DNA of 64,000 bases from Rhizomicrobium sp. (lineage in GTDB: Bacteria > Pseudomonadota > Alphaproteobacteria > Micropepsales > Micropepsaceae). The position numbers and the translations under genes were made by a program. The notes below the pieces were generated by a model. The model saw nothing but the letters and a program-made list of their open reading frames with translations. It did no database searches and was not told the DNA's origin. Below, one piece after another: positions 9,278 to 19,074 of the stretch (positions are counted from its first letter, which is position 1; each line of letters begins with the position of its first letter). The DNA lies in contig DASXHQ010000125.1 of the NCBI GenBank assembly GCA_036488415.1, forward strand, positions 142-64,141, read 5' to 3'.

Positions 9278-10906
9278 TCAAGAAGCAGTTGGTCTCAACA
9301 GTGTGCTGAGCACCCAGCCAACCGGTTTATCTTCTCCAACTTCGGTCCACCGTCCCTTCACGCTGAAGACGTTGAATTTGGTGCCCCGCACCGCTTTCTC
9401 GATGATGCGACCAGAAACGCTGGGAGCGGATCGAACATTTACAGCCTTGCTGTGAACGTACACGACTTCTCGCGACACGTCCGAAGGCATTGTTGCCAAT
9501 GCAGCCGGTTCAGTCGCAATACTCTCATTGGCCGTGGTTTGGCGAAGCGCCGATAGCAGTGCCGGGATATGCGTATCCAGCCAATAGCCGGAATACGCGA
9601 TAGCGATCACCAGAACCACCAACCCTACCCAGTCCAAATACATGCGAGGTGGCGGCGGTGACGGTTCGTTCGCTTCAACTTCGGGCGCTGCCGTATCATC
9701 ATCGGCGCTGTCATGCGCTTCTTCTGGCACGACCTGTTGCGGGTTATCTCCGAGCTTATCCAGGGCATCCTTATGATGCGCCACCGCGATGGAGAAATTT
9801 TCCGCGCTCCCGCAATTGCTCACCATATACGCTTCGAGGAGCCCGGTCGGACTGCCAAACCAAAGCTCGCCGTATTTCACAATCGGGATTTGGTGGTTGT
9901 CGCTGAAGCGACGGTCGGGCGAACCATCCTTGTTCGCCTTCGCCCAGGTATTCCCGACTACTTCGGAGTCTTTTGGTACTGCCTCCTCCTCGATGAACCG
10001 GGAAATCTTGAACTGGATCGCAGCGTCTTTCCATTCGATCAGGGCGAAATCCGTGCCCGGTTCTCTTGTCAGCAAAAAGCCCGGATATAGATGAACTTCC
10101 AATCCCGAAACATTGCCGAACCGCACCGTTTGATACTTGGAGCGGATGATATCCACTTGCGAAAAGCTGAACTGTACGGGCGTGCGGCTGATACTCTGCG
10201 TGGCAGTAGTGCGCTCCTTTACGCGATCGGTCGCAGCCGTCGCTGTAATATCCCATATCCTTTGAGATGAACGAAGGACCTCGAATGAGCGGCACATCGC
10301 AGCGAAGGTGCCTTCGGCGGCGGCATCAAATCCGAAGTCTATATCGACGTAGCACTCATCGAGTTGCGCGCGGGTATCTTCCAGCTTCTCGCCGGCATCC
10401 TTTGCCTGGATGGCGAGTCGCGGGATCATGCGCTGCGTGAAGAGGCGAACAATGAAGGCTCGTGCGAGAGCCAGCTTTCGCTTGGCTCTAGCGAAAGCGA
10501 ATTCATCAGTCTGGAGAGTTTCAGAGAGCGTAATTCGGTGAAGCGCGGCCTCGTTTATGAGGCGCTTCAATTCACCGAGCCCTTCGCTCGTCATCGAGCT
10601 CACAGCGCCGCTGTGAATTTGCCGTTCATCGCGCGCAGGAACGGGGCTGATGACCGGTGTAAATTGTGCAGGAGGGAGAGGAACTGCACGGGGCAGCTCT
10701 ACATGCCGCCCACCGGCGGCGCTGGGAGAAATTTTAGTTCGATACGATAGCCCAGATCCTGGCAAGCCTACGTTTGCATAGGTCCCCCGTGGACCAAACG
10801 TTAGGCCAGCTCCCCTGACCCCCACGGTGGTGCTTATGCCGCTTCTGCTGAAGTTAAGCCGTACCCCTGGAAACAGCCGAACGGAACGTCGAAAACGGAA
10901 CCCCAT
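9278..10906 (-). CDS. DUF4236-domain protein with C-terminal TM segment and SH3-like domain
   Basis: N-terminus MGFRFRRSVRLFPGVRLNFSRSGISTTVG... is typical of DUF4236. A TM helix (WVGLVVLVIAIAYSGYW) is followed by a bacterial SH3-like tail (VNVRSAPSVSGRIIEKAVRGTKFNVF..GRWTEV). Confidence 0.65.
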   Translation of the reverse strand: MGFRFRRSVRLFPGVRLNFSRSGISTTVGVRGAGLTFGPRGTYANVGLPGSGLSYRTKISPSAAGGRHVELPRAVPLPPAQFTPVISPVPARDERQIHSGAVSSMTSEGLGELKRLINEAALHRITLSETLQTDEFAFARAKRKLALARAFIVRLFTQRMIPRLAIQAKDAGEKLEDTRAQLDECYVDIDFGFDAAAEGTFAAMCRSFEVLRSSQRIWDITATAATDRVKERTTATQSISRTPVQFSFSQVDIIRSKYQTVRFGNVSGLEVHLYPGFLLTREPGTDFALIEWKDAAIQFKISRFIEEEAVPKDSEVVGNTWAKANKDGSPDRRFSDNHQIPIVKYGELWFGSPTGLLEAYMVSNCGSAENFSIAVAHHKDALDKLGDNPQQVVPEEAHDSADDDTAAPEVEANEPSPPPPRMYLDWVGLVVLVIAIAYSGYWLDTHIPALLSALRQTTANESIATEPAALATMPSDVSREVVYVHSKAVNVRSAPSVSGRIIEKAVRGTKFNVFSVKGRWTEVGEDKPVGWVLSTLLRPTAS

Positions 10907-11266
10907 GTGTCCGCGCCCCCACCTCTTCGCCCGAAGTGTTCATCCCAAATCTATTCTGCGCGTAATGTCCTTTATGGTCCAGTGCACATGCCGCAACACT
11001 TAAAGTTGGGTCTAGCTACTAGGCCGGAATGCATACATGCCGCTGTGATGCCGGGGCCCGCTCAACAGCACGGCCTCTGGGGCCACGTAAATTACCGGGC
11101 ACCCGGACATCTTTCAGACGCCTGAGCCGGACCATATCGCAGTCGAAGCGGCACACATGATCACGACCATGCATCATCGTGGATGAGGCCATCAACTTCA
11201 GCGCCTACTCCGTGTTTAGGCCAGCCAAGCCGTCATTTTTGAGTGTGCCAACTCGAAGCCAGACAG

Positions 11267-12355
11267 TCACTGTCGTTTTTTCGTCGGATCAAGCAATTTT
11301 TGCCGGGCAACTGGCGCGGTGCGCAGACTCATCTGATGGGTGGGTTCTCTAAAGTTTTCACCTTTTGCAAGGACTGCCCACGCGATACGCGCGAGCTTAT
11401 TGGCTAAAGCTACCGAAGCGAGCCTGTAGGATTTCCTCTTTGCCAGTCCCGCTGCCCATCGAACGACGTAATGCTTGGAATGGTCTCCGCCTCGCAGAAC
11501 TGACATCGCGCCCATATAGAGCAATCCCCGAAGATAGGAATCTCCTCTCTTGCTGATCCGACCCAACACCTGTCGGCCACCAGAAGATTTTTGAAGGGGC
11601 ACCAGGCCGAGCCATGCTGCCATCTCTCTTCCCGAACGAAACTGTTGTGCATCGCCGACGGTGGCGACAAGTGCAGAAGCCGCTAATGCGCCGACGCCCG
11701 GGACGGTACCAAGGCGTCTGCTATCAGGGCTTTTTTTGTGCCAAGACTCTATCTGTTTAGTGCAACGCTCGATGCGTCTCCCAGTTGTTTTGTATTGTTC
11801 GCCTAAAAGCCGCAACGCTGTCCGACCAATAGGTGGAATCATTTCGCAGGATTCGTCTTCGATGAGCTGGAAAGCTTCAGAAATACCGATGGCACGCTTT
11901 GGGACGACAATTCCGAACTCAACCAGTATTCCGCGAAGCGAATTCGACAATGCCACTCGTTGGCCAATCAGCAGTTTTCGCACTCGGTGCAGGGATAGAA
12001 CGGCCTGCTGCTGAACATTTTTTGTCGGCACGAACCTCATATTCGGTCGCTGAACGGCTTCGCAAATAGCTTCGGCATCGTTGGCGTCGTTCTTATGGGT
12101 CTTGACGTATGCCTTGACGTACGAAGCTGGCATGAGCCTGACGGTGTGCCCCATACCAATAAGCGATCGGGCGATATGATTTGCTCCGGAAGTGGATTCG
12201 ATCCCCACCAAGCAGGGTGGCGTGTTCTCGAAGAATTCGAACATCTGGCTGCGCGAAAGCTTTCGTCGCAACACCGGCTGGCTTTCTATATCGACTCCGT
12301 GAACTTGAAAAACGGACTTTCCAACGTCGAGGCCGACGGTATGAAGAGGCTTCAT
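11267..12355 (-). CDS. IS110-family transposase (DEDD type)
   Basis: 362 aa. The N-terminus VGLDVGKSVFQVHGVD and the C-terminal region VPGVGALAASALVATVGD...FRSGREMAAWLGLVPLQKSSGG are characteristic of IS110/IS116/IS902 transposases. The IS ends could not be defined, as this family lacks clear inverted repeats. Confidence 0.9.
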   Translation of the reverse strand: MKPLHTVGLDVGKSVFQVHGVDIESQPVLRRKLSRSQMFEFFENTPPCLVGIESTSGANHIARSLIGMGHTVRLMPASYVKAYVKTHKNDANDAEAICEAVQRPNMRFVPTKNVQQQAVLSLHRVRKLLIGQRVALSNSLRGILVEFGIVVPKRAIGISEAFQLIEDESCEMIPPIGRTALRLLGEQYKTTGRRIERCTKQIESWHKKSPDSRRLGTVPGVGALAASALVATVGDAQQFRSGREMAAWLGLVPLQKSSGGRQVLGRISKRGDSYLRGLLYMGAMSVLRGGDHSKHYVVRWAAGLAKRKSYRLASVALANKLARIAWAVLAKGENFREPTHQMSLRTAPVARQKLLDPTKKRQ

Positions 12356-12686
12356 CGCGAGAGCTCCTCTCTCACTCCTTTGCCACCTACCAGCCCAGCT
12401 GATTGTACACGCTGCTCAGGCGAAGGGGTCGGCTCGCGCGATCCAAATTGTGTGGGCATGGACAATTGCCAGGATAATTCGCCCGCAATTACTGAATAAT
12501 CGATTGTTTTATTTGCGAATTCGATTGTCGTGCGAGCGCAGTTGTCGAACCAAATGCTGCGCTGCCAAAAGAAACAAAATAATAGAACCCTGAAATTTCA
12601 TTGCTATCTCGCCAAGTATTGGATTTTGTGACTCCCTATACTTGAAGAATCAGCATACACCCGCCCTCCTTTCAAAGGAGGACACA

Positions 12687-12857
12687 GTGGCAAAAGTTGC
12701 TGCATATCACACAGATTCGCCGGAATACCCGCCGTCTCATCGAAACGTTTATCACAACCACGACAACTGTCCGGACGGTAAGCGCATCAAACTGGAACAT
12801 CGTAAGCCGGGAGAAGGCGGACGCCCGCGTTGCGATGAATGTAAGAAGCTGGGGTAA
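12687..12857 (+). CDS. small Cys/His-containing hypothetical protein
   Basis: GTG start 5 nt after a strong AAGGAGG. 56 aa (VAKVAAYHTDSPEYPPSHRNVYHNHDNCPDGKRI...RCDECKKLG). No family assigned. Confidence 0.5.
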   Translation: MAKVAAYHTDSPEYPPSHRNVYHNHDNCPDGKRIKLEHRKPGEGGRPRCDECKKLG

Positions 12858-12863
12858 AAGATC

Positions 12864-13082
12864 ATGGCGAATGTTTATGTCGAAGCGCGCCCAAAGGGTC
12901 GCCCCGAAGGAACTCATATCGATGACTATGTTGTCGAGGATCATGCAGATCATGCACTCGGCACATTTAGAACTCAGAAAGAGGCCGTCGACTGGGCAAA
13001 GTCCAAGGGACATTCCCCTCTCGTTGCTCGCGTTCGGCATCTGAATGATAAGAAAAAGCCGGATCACTGGCGCGCGGCCTAA
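12864..13082 (+). CDS. small hypothetical protein, DUF2188-like
   Basis: 72 aa. The pattern ...GTFRTQKEAVDWAKSKGHSPLVARVRH... resembles DUF2188 proteins. The assignment is tentative. Confidence 0.45.
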   Translation: MANVYVEARPKGRPEGTHIDDYVVEDHADHALGTFRTQKEAVDWAKSKGHSPLVARVRHLNDKKKPDHWRAA

Positions 13083-13468
13083 GTGAGACGTCTCACTGTT
13101 GTTGCAGGGTGTTCTTGAGCCGGGCCGAACGGCCTCAAGGCGACAGGCACGTTGTTGCTACGGAACCGTTGCGAGTGCCCATCGAACAGGGATCGGACGA
13201 TACCCGGGTTCGACATTCTTCCCCGCTTGATGAAACGCTACCTGTACGTCGTGCCTCTGCGTGCTTTTGTCATGACACCTTTCGTTGGCCGTCATTGCAT
13301 TTTGCGGACCATACGCGCGGCGGGCGCTTCCCGCGTCAACAGAAAGCCTCGGCTCCCCCGTCTCATGTTACACATGACGGTCCCCCCAATTTTTCTGTGT
13401 GACGCCGCGCCCTGACCGCTCGCCTTTCAGGTTCCGCCAATAACGGCAAACAACGAAAGGAAAAAGTC

Positions 13469-13669
13469 ATGAGCACATCTGCAAAGAAACCCGCCTTCCG
13501 AGTCGTCAGCGTTTACAAGCGCGATGGTAAGGAAAGCTTCGCCGAGATCGGCGCTGCCTGGGCGACCGCCAAGGGTGGTTTTTCTCTCCGCCTCAACGCG
13601 CATCCCATCGGCGACACGGTTCTCTTGCGCCCCTACGCCGACAAGGCAGAACCCGCCGAACAGGCATAA
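13469..13669 (+). CDS. small hypothetical protein
   Basis: 66-aa ORF with AAAGGA 8 nt upstream of the ATG, followed by a strong hairpin. Preceded by a conserved element also found upstream of the DUF2958 gene. Confidence 0.5.
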   Translation: MSTSAKKPAFRVVSVYKRDGKESFAEIGAAWATAKGGFSLRLNAHPIGDTVLLRPYADKAEPAEQA

Positions 13670-13680
13670 CGCCAGGCGAC

Positions 13681-13718
13681 GCCCCGGCCGGCAAATCGCC
13701 GGTCGGGGCTTCTTCCTT
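13681..13718. terminator. bidirectional hairpin between convergent small genes
   Basis: GCCCCGGCCGGC aaatc GCCGGTCGGGGC (12-bp stem with one G:T pair) followed by a T-rich tract. Confidence 0.45.
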
Positions 13719-13731
13719 GCTTCACCGGCAC

Positions 13732-13920
13732 TCACATGCCGGGTGGTCTCAGACGCAACACTGCGATTGCGCGCGAGATGTTTTCGAGGGAGGCGATCAT
13801 GTTCGCCCGTTCGGTATCGCAGGGCTCTGTCCCCGCCAGTTCTTCTGAAATCATCCGATATAAGGCGATGAGCTGCGACAGGGATTTATGGGCCAGGTCC
13901 GATGCGGTGATGAGTTTCAC
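13732..13920 (-). CDS. small hypothetical protein
   Basis: The 150-aa ORF is trimmed to the GTG at 13920 (VKLITASDLAHKSLSQLIALYRMISEELAG...). The upstream part of the ORF looks non-coding. Weak call. Confidence 0.3.
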   Translation of the reverse strand: MKLITASDLAHKSLSQLIALYRMISEELAGTEPCDTERANMIASLENISRAIAVLRLRPPGM

Positions 13921-14298
13921 GATGTCTCTCCTTTTCTTCTGCCCGCGCCAATCGCGGACTTCACGCAGCCGTGGAGAGCGACGGCGACGCCTGCGCTGCA
14001 CCCAATCGGGCCGCAACGGAGAGAAGGAGCCTTGCCATGTTCTGCCTGTTGAACATGGAAGGCTTGGCAGCGCTGAAAGGCGCGCCGGTGCTAACGCTGC
14101 ACCATCGAAGTCCGGGATCGTGGCTCCTGGAAAAGGGGAGATTGTAAAATCTGAACGCTTCACCGCACTGACTCGATAATCCATCAGTCGCCCAGCCGGT
14201 CATTTTCGGAGGATTTAAGGGACAAGCCTGTGCCATAGTGTCGAACGGTCCGCGCGTTTGACGGCGGACGGTCTCGCGCAGTCGGCCTTGGCCGTCGA

Positions 14299-16590
14299 TT
14301 GAGATCGCGCAACGGCGATGACCTTGGGGGGATGCTTCCGATGAGCGCATGCGCTTCGGTAGAGCCTGACGTGGCAAGCGTCGCTTTCGGCCGAGCCTTG
14401 GCGCTTGTTTTTGTCGTTGCCCTTTTTGCAACAACCGCCACGCCGGTTGCCGCGAAAGATACGTCCAAAGCCTACGAGAAATCGCGGACGGTTTTGTTCG
14501 AGTGGGAAAAGCAGATGCCCACGGTCGAGCAAGTCAATGCCGATACCGCCAGCAGCGACAGCCGAGAGCAAGCAGCCAGTCGCGCGGCGGCGTTCAGCGT
14601 GCTTCTCGATGCAACCTCCACTTACGAAAGTGCGGAGGGTGCCTGGTATGTGGCTCCGCCGCAGGTCAAGGAGAAAACCGCAGGCTACGCGAGCGCCATC
14701 CGCGAAGCGTCGGGCAGCGCCCGTCTCGACGAAGAGAAGTTACGAAACGATCCGGGTTTCAGATATGAGGTGCTCAGTCGCTACTTCGCGCCCGAATATC
14801 TTGAAGCGGCACACGTTGCCGCCCCGCCGCCGCCGTCATTCACAACATGGTTCGCTTACGGCGGCGGTATTCTCGTGCTTGGCTTTTTCGGATGGCTGGT
14901 ATTCAGGCGCAAAGCGCCGGTCGATTCCGCTCCGCCGTTGACGGAGAACTACGGCAGCGCCGCTTGGGCGGCTTGGCGCGTGAATATCGATTCAGGTGAG
15001 GGCGTCGCGCAAGGCGTTGTCTTCGGCAAGAGCAGCGGCCCCGACATTCCAGCAGCCGCGCCCGGCACGCCGATTACGTCGCTGCCGGAAACGCACACGC
15101 TGATCGTCGCCCGCACCAGAGCGGGGAAAGGAACGCGCGTCATCGTGCCGACCTTGCTTCGCTACGGCGGCTCGATGCTGGTGATCGACCCCAAGGGTGA
15201 GAACGCGGCGATCACGGCGCGCACGCGCCGCGATCAGCTCGGGCAGACGGTTCACATCGTCAATCCGTGGGCAGAGATGGAAGGGCTCTACAAAAGCCTC
15301 GGCTTCGCGTCGGCAACCTTCAACCCGCTCGATGCACTCGACCGCGATGATCCGAATGCTGTCGCCTTCGCGCAATCGCTCGCAGCGATCATTTGCCCGC
15401 CCGCGACGGGCAAGGAGCAATATTGGCAGGGCAGCGCCGCCAATGTGCTGGCGGGCGTGTTTCTCTGGATTGCCGATGCACCGGGCGAACAAAAGACTCT
15501 CGCCCGCGCACGCCAGCTCGTGACCATGAGCCGCGCGGATTTTCTCAAGGTGCTGGTGAAGATGGCTTCCTCGACCGCCTACCAGGGCGCGGTCAGCGAA
15601 ATGGTCAGCCAGTACATCGACCTCGCGCCGGAAACTTACAGCGCGATCATGTCGAACTTGGCCGAGAACACCAAGTTCCTGTCAGACCCGCAGATCAAGC
15701 TATCGACCGCCACGTCATCGTTTTCGATGAAAACGTTCCGGGACGAAGCGACCACCGTTTATCTCGTCATCCCGCATGACCGGATTCAGACACACGCCAC
15801 ATGGCTCCGGCTTGTGATCGCCGCTGCCATGCAGGGCATGAAAAGTCACAAGGCCAGAACGGCACCTCGTTATCGCTGCATGTTCCTGATCGATGAGTTT
15901 GGCTCCATCGGCCGCATCGACGATATCCCGCGCGATATCGCGCTGATGAGCGGATACGGGCTCGACTTCACGCTGATCGTGCAGGGGCTCGATCAGCTGA
16001 AGGATCACTATGGCGATGCCAAAGGGACCATTCTTAGCAACTGCGCTTTCAAATGGTTCTGTTTCGTGAACGAACTCGACACCGCCAAATACCTCAGCGA
16101 GAGCCTTGGCAAGGCGACCGTGCGGACGGTCGGAAAATCCGAATCTTCGGGCAAGAGCGCCGACCGCGCGACGGCGGGAGAAAGCATCAATTACGGCGAG
16201 ATGGGTCGGCCGCTCCTGACGCCAGACGAAATTCTAAACCTTGGGCGTGACGCCGCGATCCTGCTCAATCCTCAGGGTCTGCCTTGCTACCTTCGTCCGG
16301 TGGACTACTGGAACCTTTCCAGCGCTTACGGCTATCTCAAGATGCAGGGTCATAAGTTCTATTGGGACCCGCCGGTCGCCTATGACGAAAATCCCTATTT
16401 CAAGGGGCAGCCGCCAGTCGCAGGGCAGATGTCGCGCGAGGAAGCGTTGAAAATCCTGAGCCTCGGGGAGCGTGCCGATAGAAACGCAATCGCGACGCGC
16501 TATCGCTCGATGGTGAAATTTCTGGAGCCGGGCGACGACGAGATTGCCCGCAAGCTCAATGCGGCGCGAGATGTGTTGATTGGGGAATGA
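14299..16590 (+). CDS. type IV secretion coupling protein (VirD4/TraG-like) with a J-domain-like C-terminal tail
   Basis: N-terminal hydrophobic segments. The NTPase core has ARTRAGKGT, VIDPKGE, MFLIDEFGSIG and LIVQGLDQL. The start is uncertain (TTG 14299, ATG 14332 or 14341). Confidence 0.85.
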   Translation: MRSRNGDDLGGMLPMSACASVEPDVASVAFGRALALVFVVALFATTATPVAAKDTSKAYEKSRTVLFEWEKQMPTVEQVNADTASSDSREQAASRAAAFSVLLDATSTYESAEGAWYVAPPQVKEKTAGYASAIREASGSARLDEEKLRNDPGFRYEVLSRYFAPEYLEAAHVAAPPPPSFTTWFAYGGGILVLGFFGWLVFRRKAPVDSAPPLTENYGSAAWAAWRVNIDSGEGVAQGVVFGKSSGPDIPAAAPGTPITSLPETHTLIVARTRAGKGTRVIVPTLLRYGGSMLVIDPKGENAAITARTRRDQLGQTVHIVNPWAEMEGLYKSLGFASATFNPLDALDRDDPNAVAFAQSLAAIICPPATGKEQYWQGSAANVLAGVFLWIADAPGEQKTLARARQLVTMSRADFLKVLVKMASSTAYQGAVSEMVSQYIDLAPETYSAIMSNLAENTKFLSDPQIKLSTATSSFSMKTFRDEATTVYLVIPHDRIQTHATWLRLVIAAAMQGMKSHKARTAPRYRCMFLIDEFGSIGRIDDIPRDIALMSGYGLDFTLIVQGLDQLKDHYGDAKGTILSNCAFKWFCFVNELDTAKYLSESLGKATVRTVGKSESSGKSADRATAGESINYGEMGRPLLTPDEILNLGRDAAILLNPQGLPCYLRPVDYWNLSSAYGYLKMQGHKFYWDPPVAYDENPYFKGQPPVAGQMSREEALKILSLGERADRNAIATRYRSMVKFLEPGDDEIARKLNAARDVLIGE

Positions 16591-16681
16591 AGCCAGGCGG
16601 CAATGGCACTGCGCGGGGTAGAGTGTCTTTTGCTGAGCCGAGCAAATTGCGATCTTATGAGATTGCCAAAGGAAGTCTGTG

Positions 16682-17596
16682 ATGCCAACTACTGAAGTCA
16701 ATTTTGCAGCGCTCTTTCCTGATTCATTTGTACTCACCATCAAGGACATAGATAGGATACTCGACGGTGTGCTTCCGGGACGTGTCGGAGTTAGGATTCC
16801 GTTCGAATTGAATTCACGGTCACTATCACGGGACTTCATCTATCAGTTTGCTCGAACTAGACCTGCTATTTCGACGACTTTCGCACCACATGATATCCGA
16901 CGTATCGCTGTGGAAGCTCTTATTGCGACAGAGATTAGTCGGCGCTTGGCCATCTTCTTTGATGATCTGGTTCGAGCCGCACTAAAGCCTGAACTCGCGA
17001 CGGAAGTTTCGCGCCCAGCGCCCTTCTACAATCCAAGAGGAGGCGTTGACGGAAACAGGGATTATTTCCGAAGACTACTCGACCTCACTATCGATCCCTG
17101 GGGTGATATTCCCGCGAACTGTGCTTTCGATATCTACGAAATTAGCCTCGCGAGCCCATCTAAATTTTCGAACAGAATAAAAAAGGTCTTGGGCGGTGTG
17201 GTCTTGGGCGTTGGCTTGATTGGTGCTCCGGTAAATGTCGAGATTATCAAGCGCGGAATCGAAATCGTTGAAACGGCAATAAATGGAGCGGACCTGTGTT
17301 ACAAAATCACCTTGTGCGCTGAGCCAGCTACTGCTTCGCCGTCAGCAGCTGCGGAGCGGCATTTGGAAAACCTAAGTGAAGAGATCGCCAACAACAAATA
17401 TGTGAACGTGAAGCTGGATTTGTTTTTGCTTGGATTTTACGATGGCCCCATGAACAACAGCGATGGCGCACTATTGCGGCGTTCGATGCAAGCGTTCCTG
17501 ATAAGCAAGAATCTTCCGGAGGATTTGTTACCGAACAATCCGACCGCGCTAAGAGCACTCGCTCGTGCGGCCATGCCAATGAGGCAGCAACCATAA
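16682..17596 (+). CDS. hypothetical protein
   Basis: 304-aa ORF in an AT-richer patch, with the ATG 6 nt after AAAGGAAG. No family recognised. Confidence 0.5.
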   Translation: MPTTEVNFAALFPDSFVLTIKDIDRILDGVLPGRVGVRIPFELNSRSLSRDFIYQFARTRPAISTTFAPHDIRRIAVEALIATEISRRLAIFFDDLVRAALKPELATEVSRPAPFYNPRGGVDGNRDYFRRLLDLTIDPWGDIPANCAFDIYEISLASPSKFSNRIKKVLGGVVLGVGLIGAPVNVEIIKRGIEIVETAINGADLCYKITLCAEPATASPSAAAERHLENLSEEIANNKYVNVKLDLFLLGFYDGPMNNSDGALLRRSMQAFLISKNLPEDLLPNNPTALRALARAAMPMRQQP

Positions 17597-17677
17597 AGCG
17601 CAATTTTCCCCGTTGGGCGCTTTGCAGCGTGTTAGAAAGCACGTGTCCGATCAGTCGAATTTTCGATCAGTCCTGCA

Positions 17678-18127
17678 CTATGCAATGAAACGCTTCCGGC
17701 TGCCGTTTATTTTGTTCAGGCGGTCGACCCAATCCAATGGTTGTTTTGGTTTGGTGCTCGACGTGGCCGCTTTCCGCTTGCCATTCCTTTTGAAGGCTGC
17801 GCACAACGTCCGCGAAACGAGTTGGATTTTTGCGGGTGGCACCAACTTCAACAGGTTCGCTGTCGTCGTTACATCTCCGATTTCAGCGGCATAGATAAGG
17901 GCATTCCTGCAGTTCGCTCCGTGATTGCACAAGAGTTCAACGATATCCGCATACTCGTAGAGCGCGGCATTTCGCAGAGCATTCTCGTATCCAGTGTGAA
18001 CGTCTGCACCTAGAGAGAGCGCATTTTGCGCACCTACGATGTCTCCGGTGATCACACACTCCATAAGTGACTTGTGGAGTTGTTCCTGGTTCTGAGGACC
18101 GTGATTCTGTGACTCATTATTCGGCAT
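17678..18127 (-). CDS. ankyrin-repeat protein
   Basis: 149 aa with repeated ..AL..GADV......ALR.AA......IVELL...GAN units. Confidence 0.7.
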   Translation of the reverse strand: MPNNESQNHGPQNQEQLHKSLMECVITGDIVGAQNALSLGADVHTGYENALRNAALYEYADIVELLCNHGANCRNALIYAAEIGDVTTTANLLKLVPPAKIQLVSRTLCAAFKRNGKRKAATSSTKPKQPLDWVDRLNKINGSRKRFIA

Positions 18128-18373
18128 GCTACAAAATACTCTTCATTCCTTTGAAACTGCGTTGTGATTTATAGAATATACAGTACACGGACGATATGCA
18201 TTGGCAACAAGTATTCGGGAAACATTCTTTCGTTTTGTTTTCCGTATTTCTAAAAGAACCGTTGTTACGAACTCGCGCATGTAGCGCGCGCCGGGCTCTA
18301 CTCGGCTTGCGATCAAGCCTCACCGAGCCAGCGCCAATGCGCTGTCTCGGCCTTGCGGTGACGATCCCTTTCG

Positions 18374-18688
18374 CTAAGCCGCCCCGCGATAGTGCGGAAA
18401 ATCATCAGGAGTTCCGATGACTGTGCCGCGCCGATAGTTTCCGCCTTCGTGAACGCTGTAGTGACATGACTGGCAAAGCACGACGCAATTGTCGATGTGG
18501 TTTGTGCCGCCAAATTTCACGTGCTTGATGTGGTGAGCGTGGTGTCCCGCGAGAGACGCGCGAGGTTTTTCGTCTGTCTCGTCGAAGACGAAAAGAGGTA
18601 GTCCGCACGAGGCGCACAGATTCTGTTGCCGCAGTAGCGCGAGCTCTTGGGTTTTGCGGCTGAACCGTTGACGCCTATCGACCATCAT
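18374..18688 (-). CDS. HNH endonuclease
   Basis: CASCG...HHAHHIKHVKFGGTNHIDNCVVLCQSCH, a classic HNH/zinc-finger arrangement. Confidence 0.8.
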   Translation of the reverse strand: MMVDRRQRFSRKTQELALLRQQNLCASCGLPLFVFDETDEKPRASLAGHHAHHIKHVKFGGTNHIDNCVVLCQSCHYSVHEGGNYRRGTVIGTPDDFPHYRGAA

Positions 18689-18809
18689 TCTTCCCTACTC
18701 AAGTTAGGCGGAGTGTATTCTGGCGGTCATAGACGATATCATCGACTTCCTCGCACCACCGGAATCGTGCGATTATTTCACGGAGGCGGTTCTACTAAAG
18801 GAAAAGAAA

Positions 18810-19019
18810 ATGGCGCTTGGTAAACACACAAAAACGCATGGCGGCAGGTTCAGGAGGGAACGCAACGATTCAACGGCGGGCACTCTTCGAGAGGGCTATC
18901 CTGAATTCTCCAACGTCCGTTCCGATGCGCAGCTAGGAAACATTAAGAAGAATCTTGGCCTGCCGCCCGACGCGTCGGTCGATGAAGTGCGCAAGGGGCT
19001 GAGAAAACTCGACAAGTAG
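18810..19019 (+). CDS. small hypothetical protein
   Basis: 69-aa ORF with AAAGGAAAAG upstream of the ATG. No family recognised. Confidence 0.4.
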   Translation: MALGKHTKTHGGRFRRERNDSTAGTLREGYPEFSNVRSDAQLGNIKKNLGLPPDASVDEVRKGLRKLDK

Positions 19020-19074
19020 AGTTCGGAAAAAGTGGTGCGCCGGTGCCACAATAAACTTTGCACGGAGCATCCGA

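Noticed and set aside
13109-13415. 97- and 87-aa plus-strand ORFs between the DUF2188-like gene and the 13469 gene
   Set aside because: They overlap each other in different frames, lack an RBS, and cover the conserved non-coding element that is duplicated at 24663-24766.
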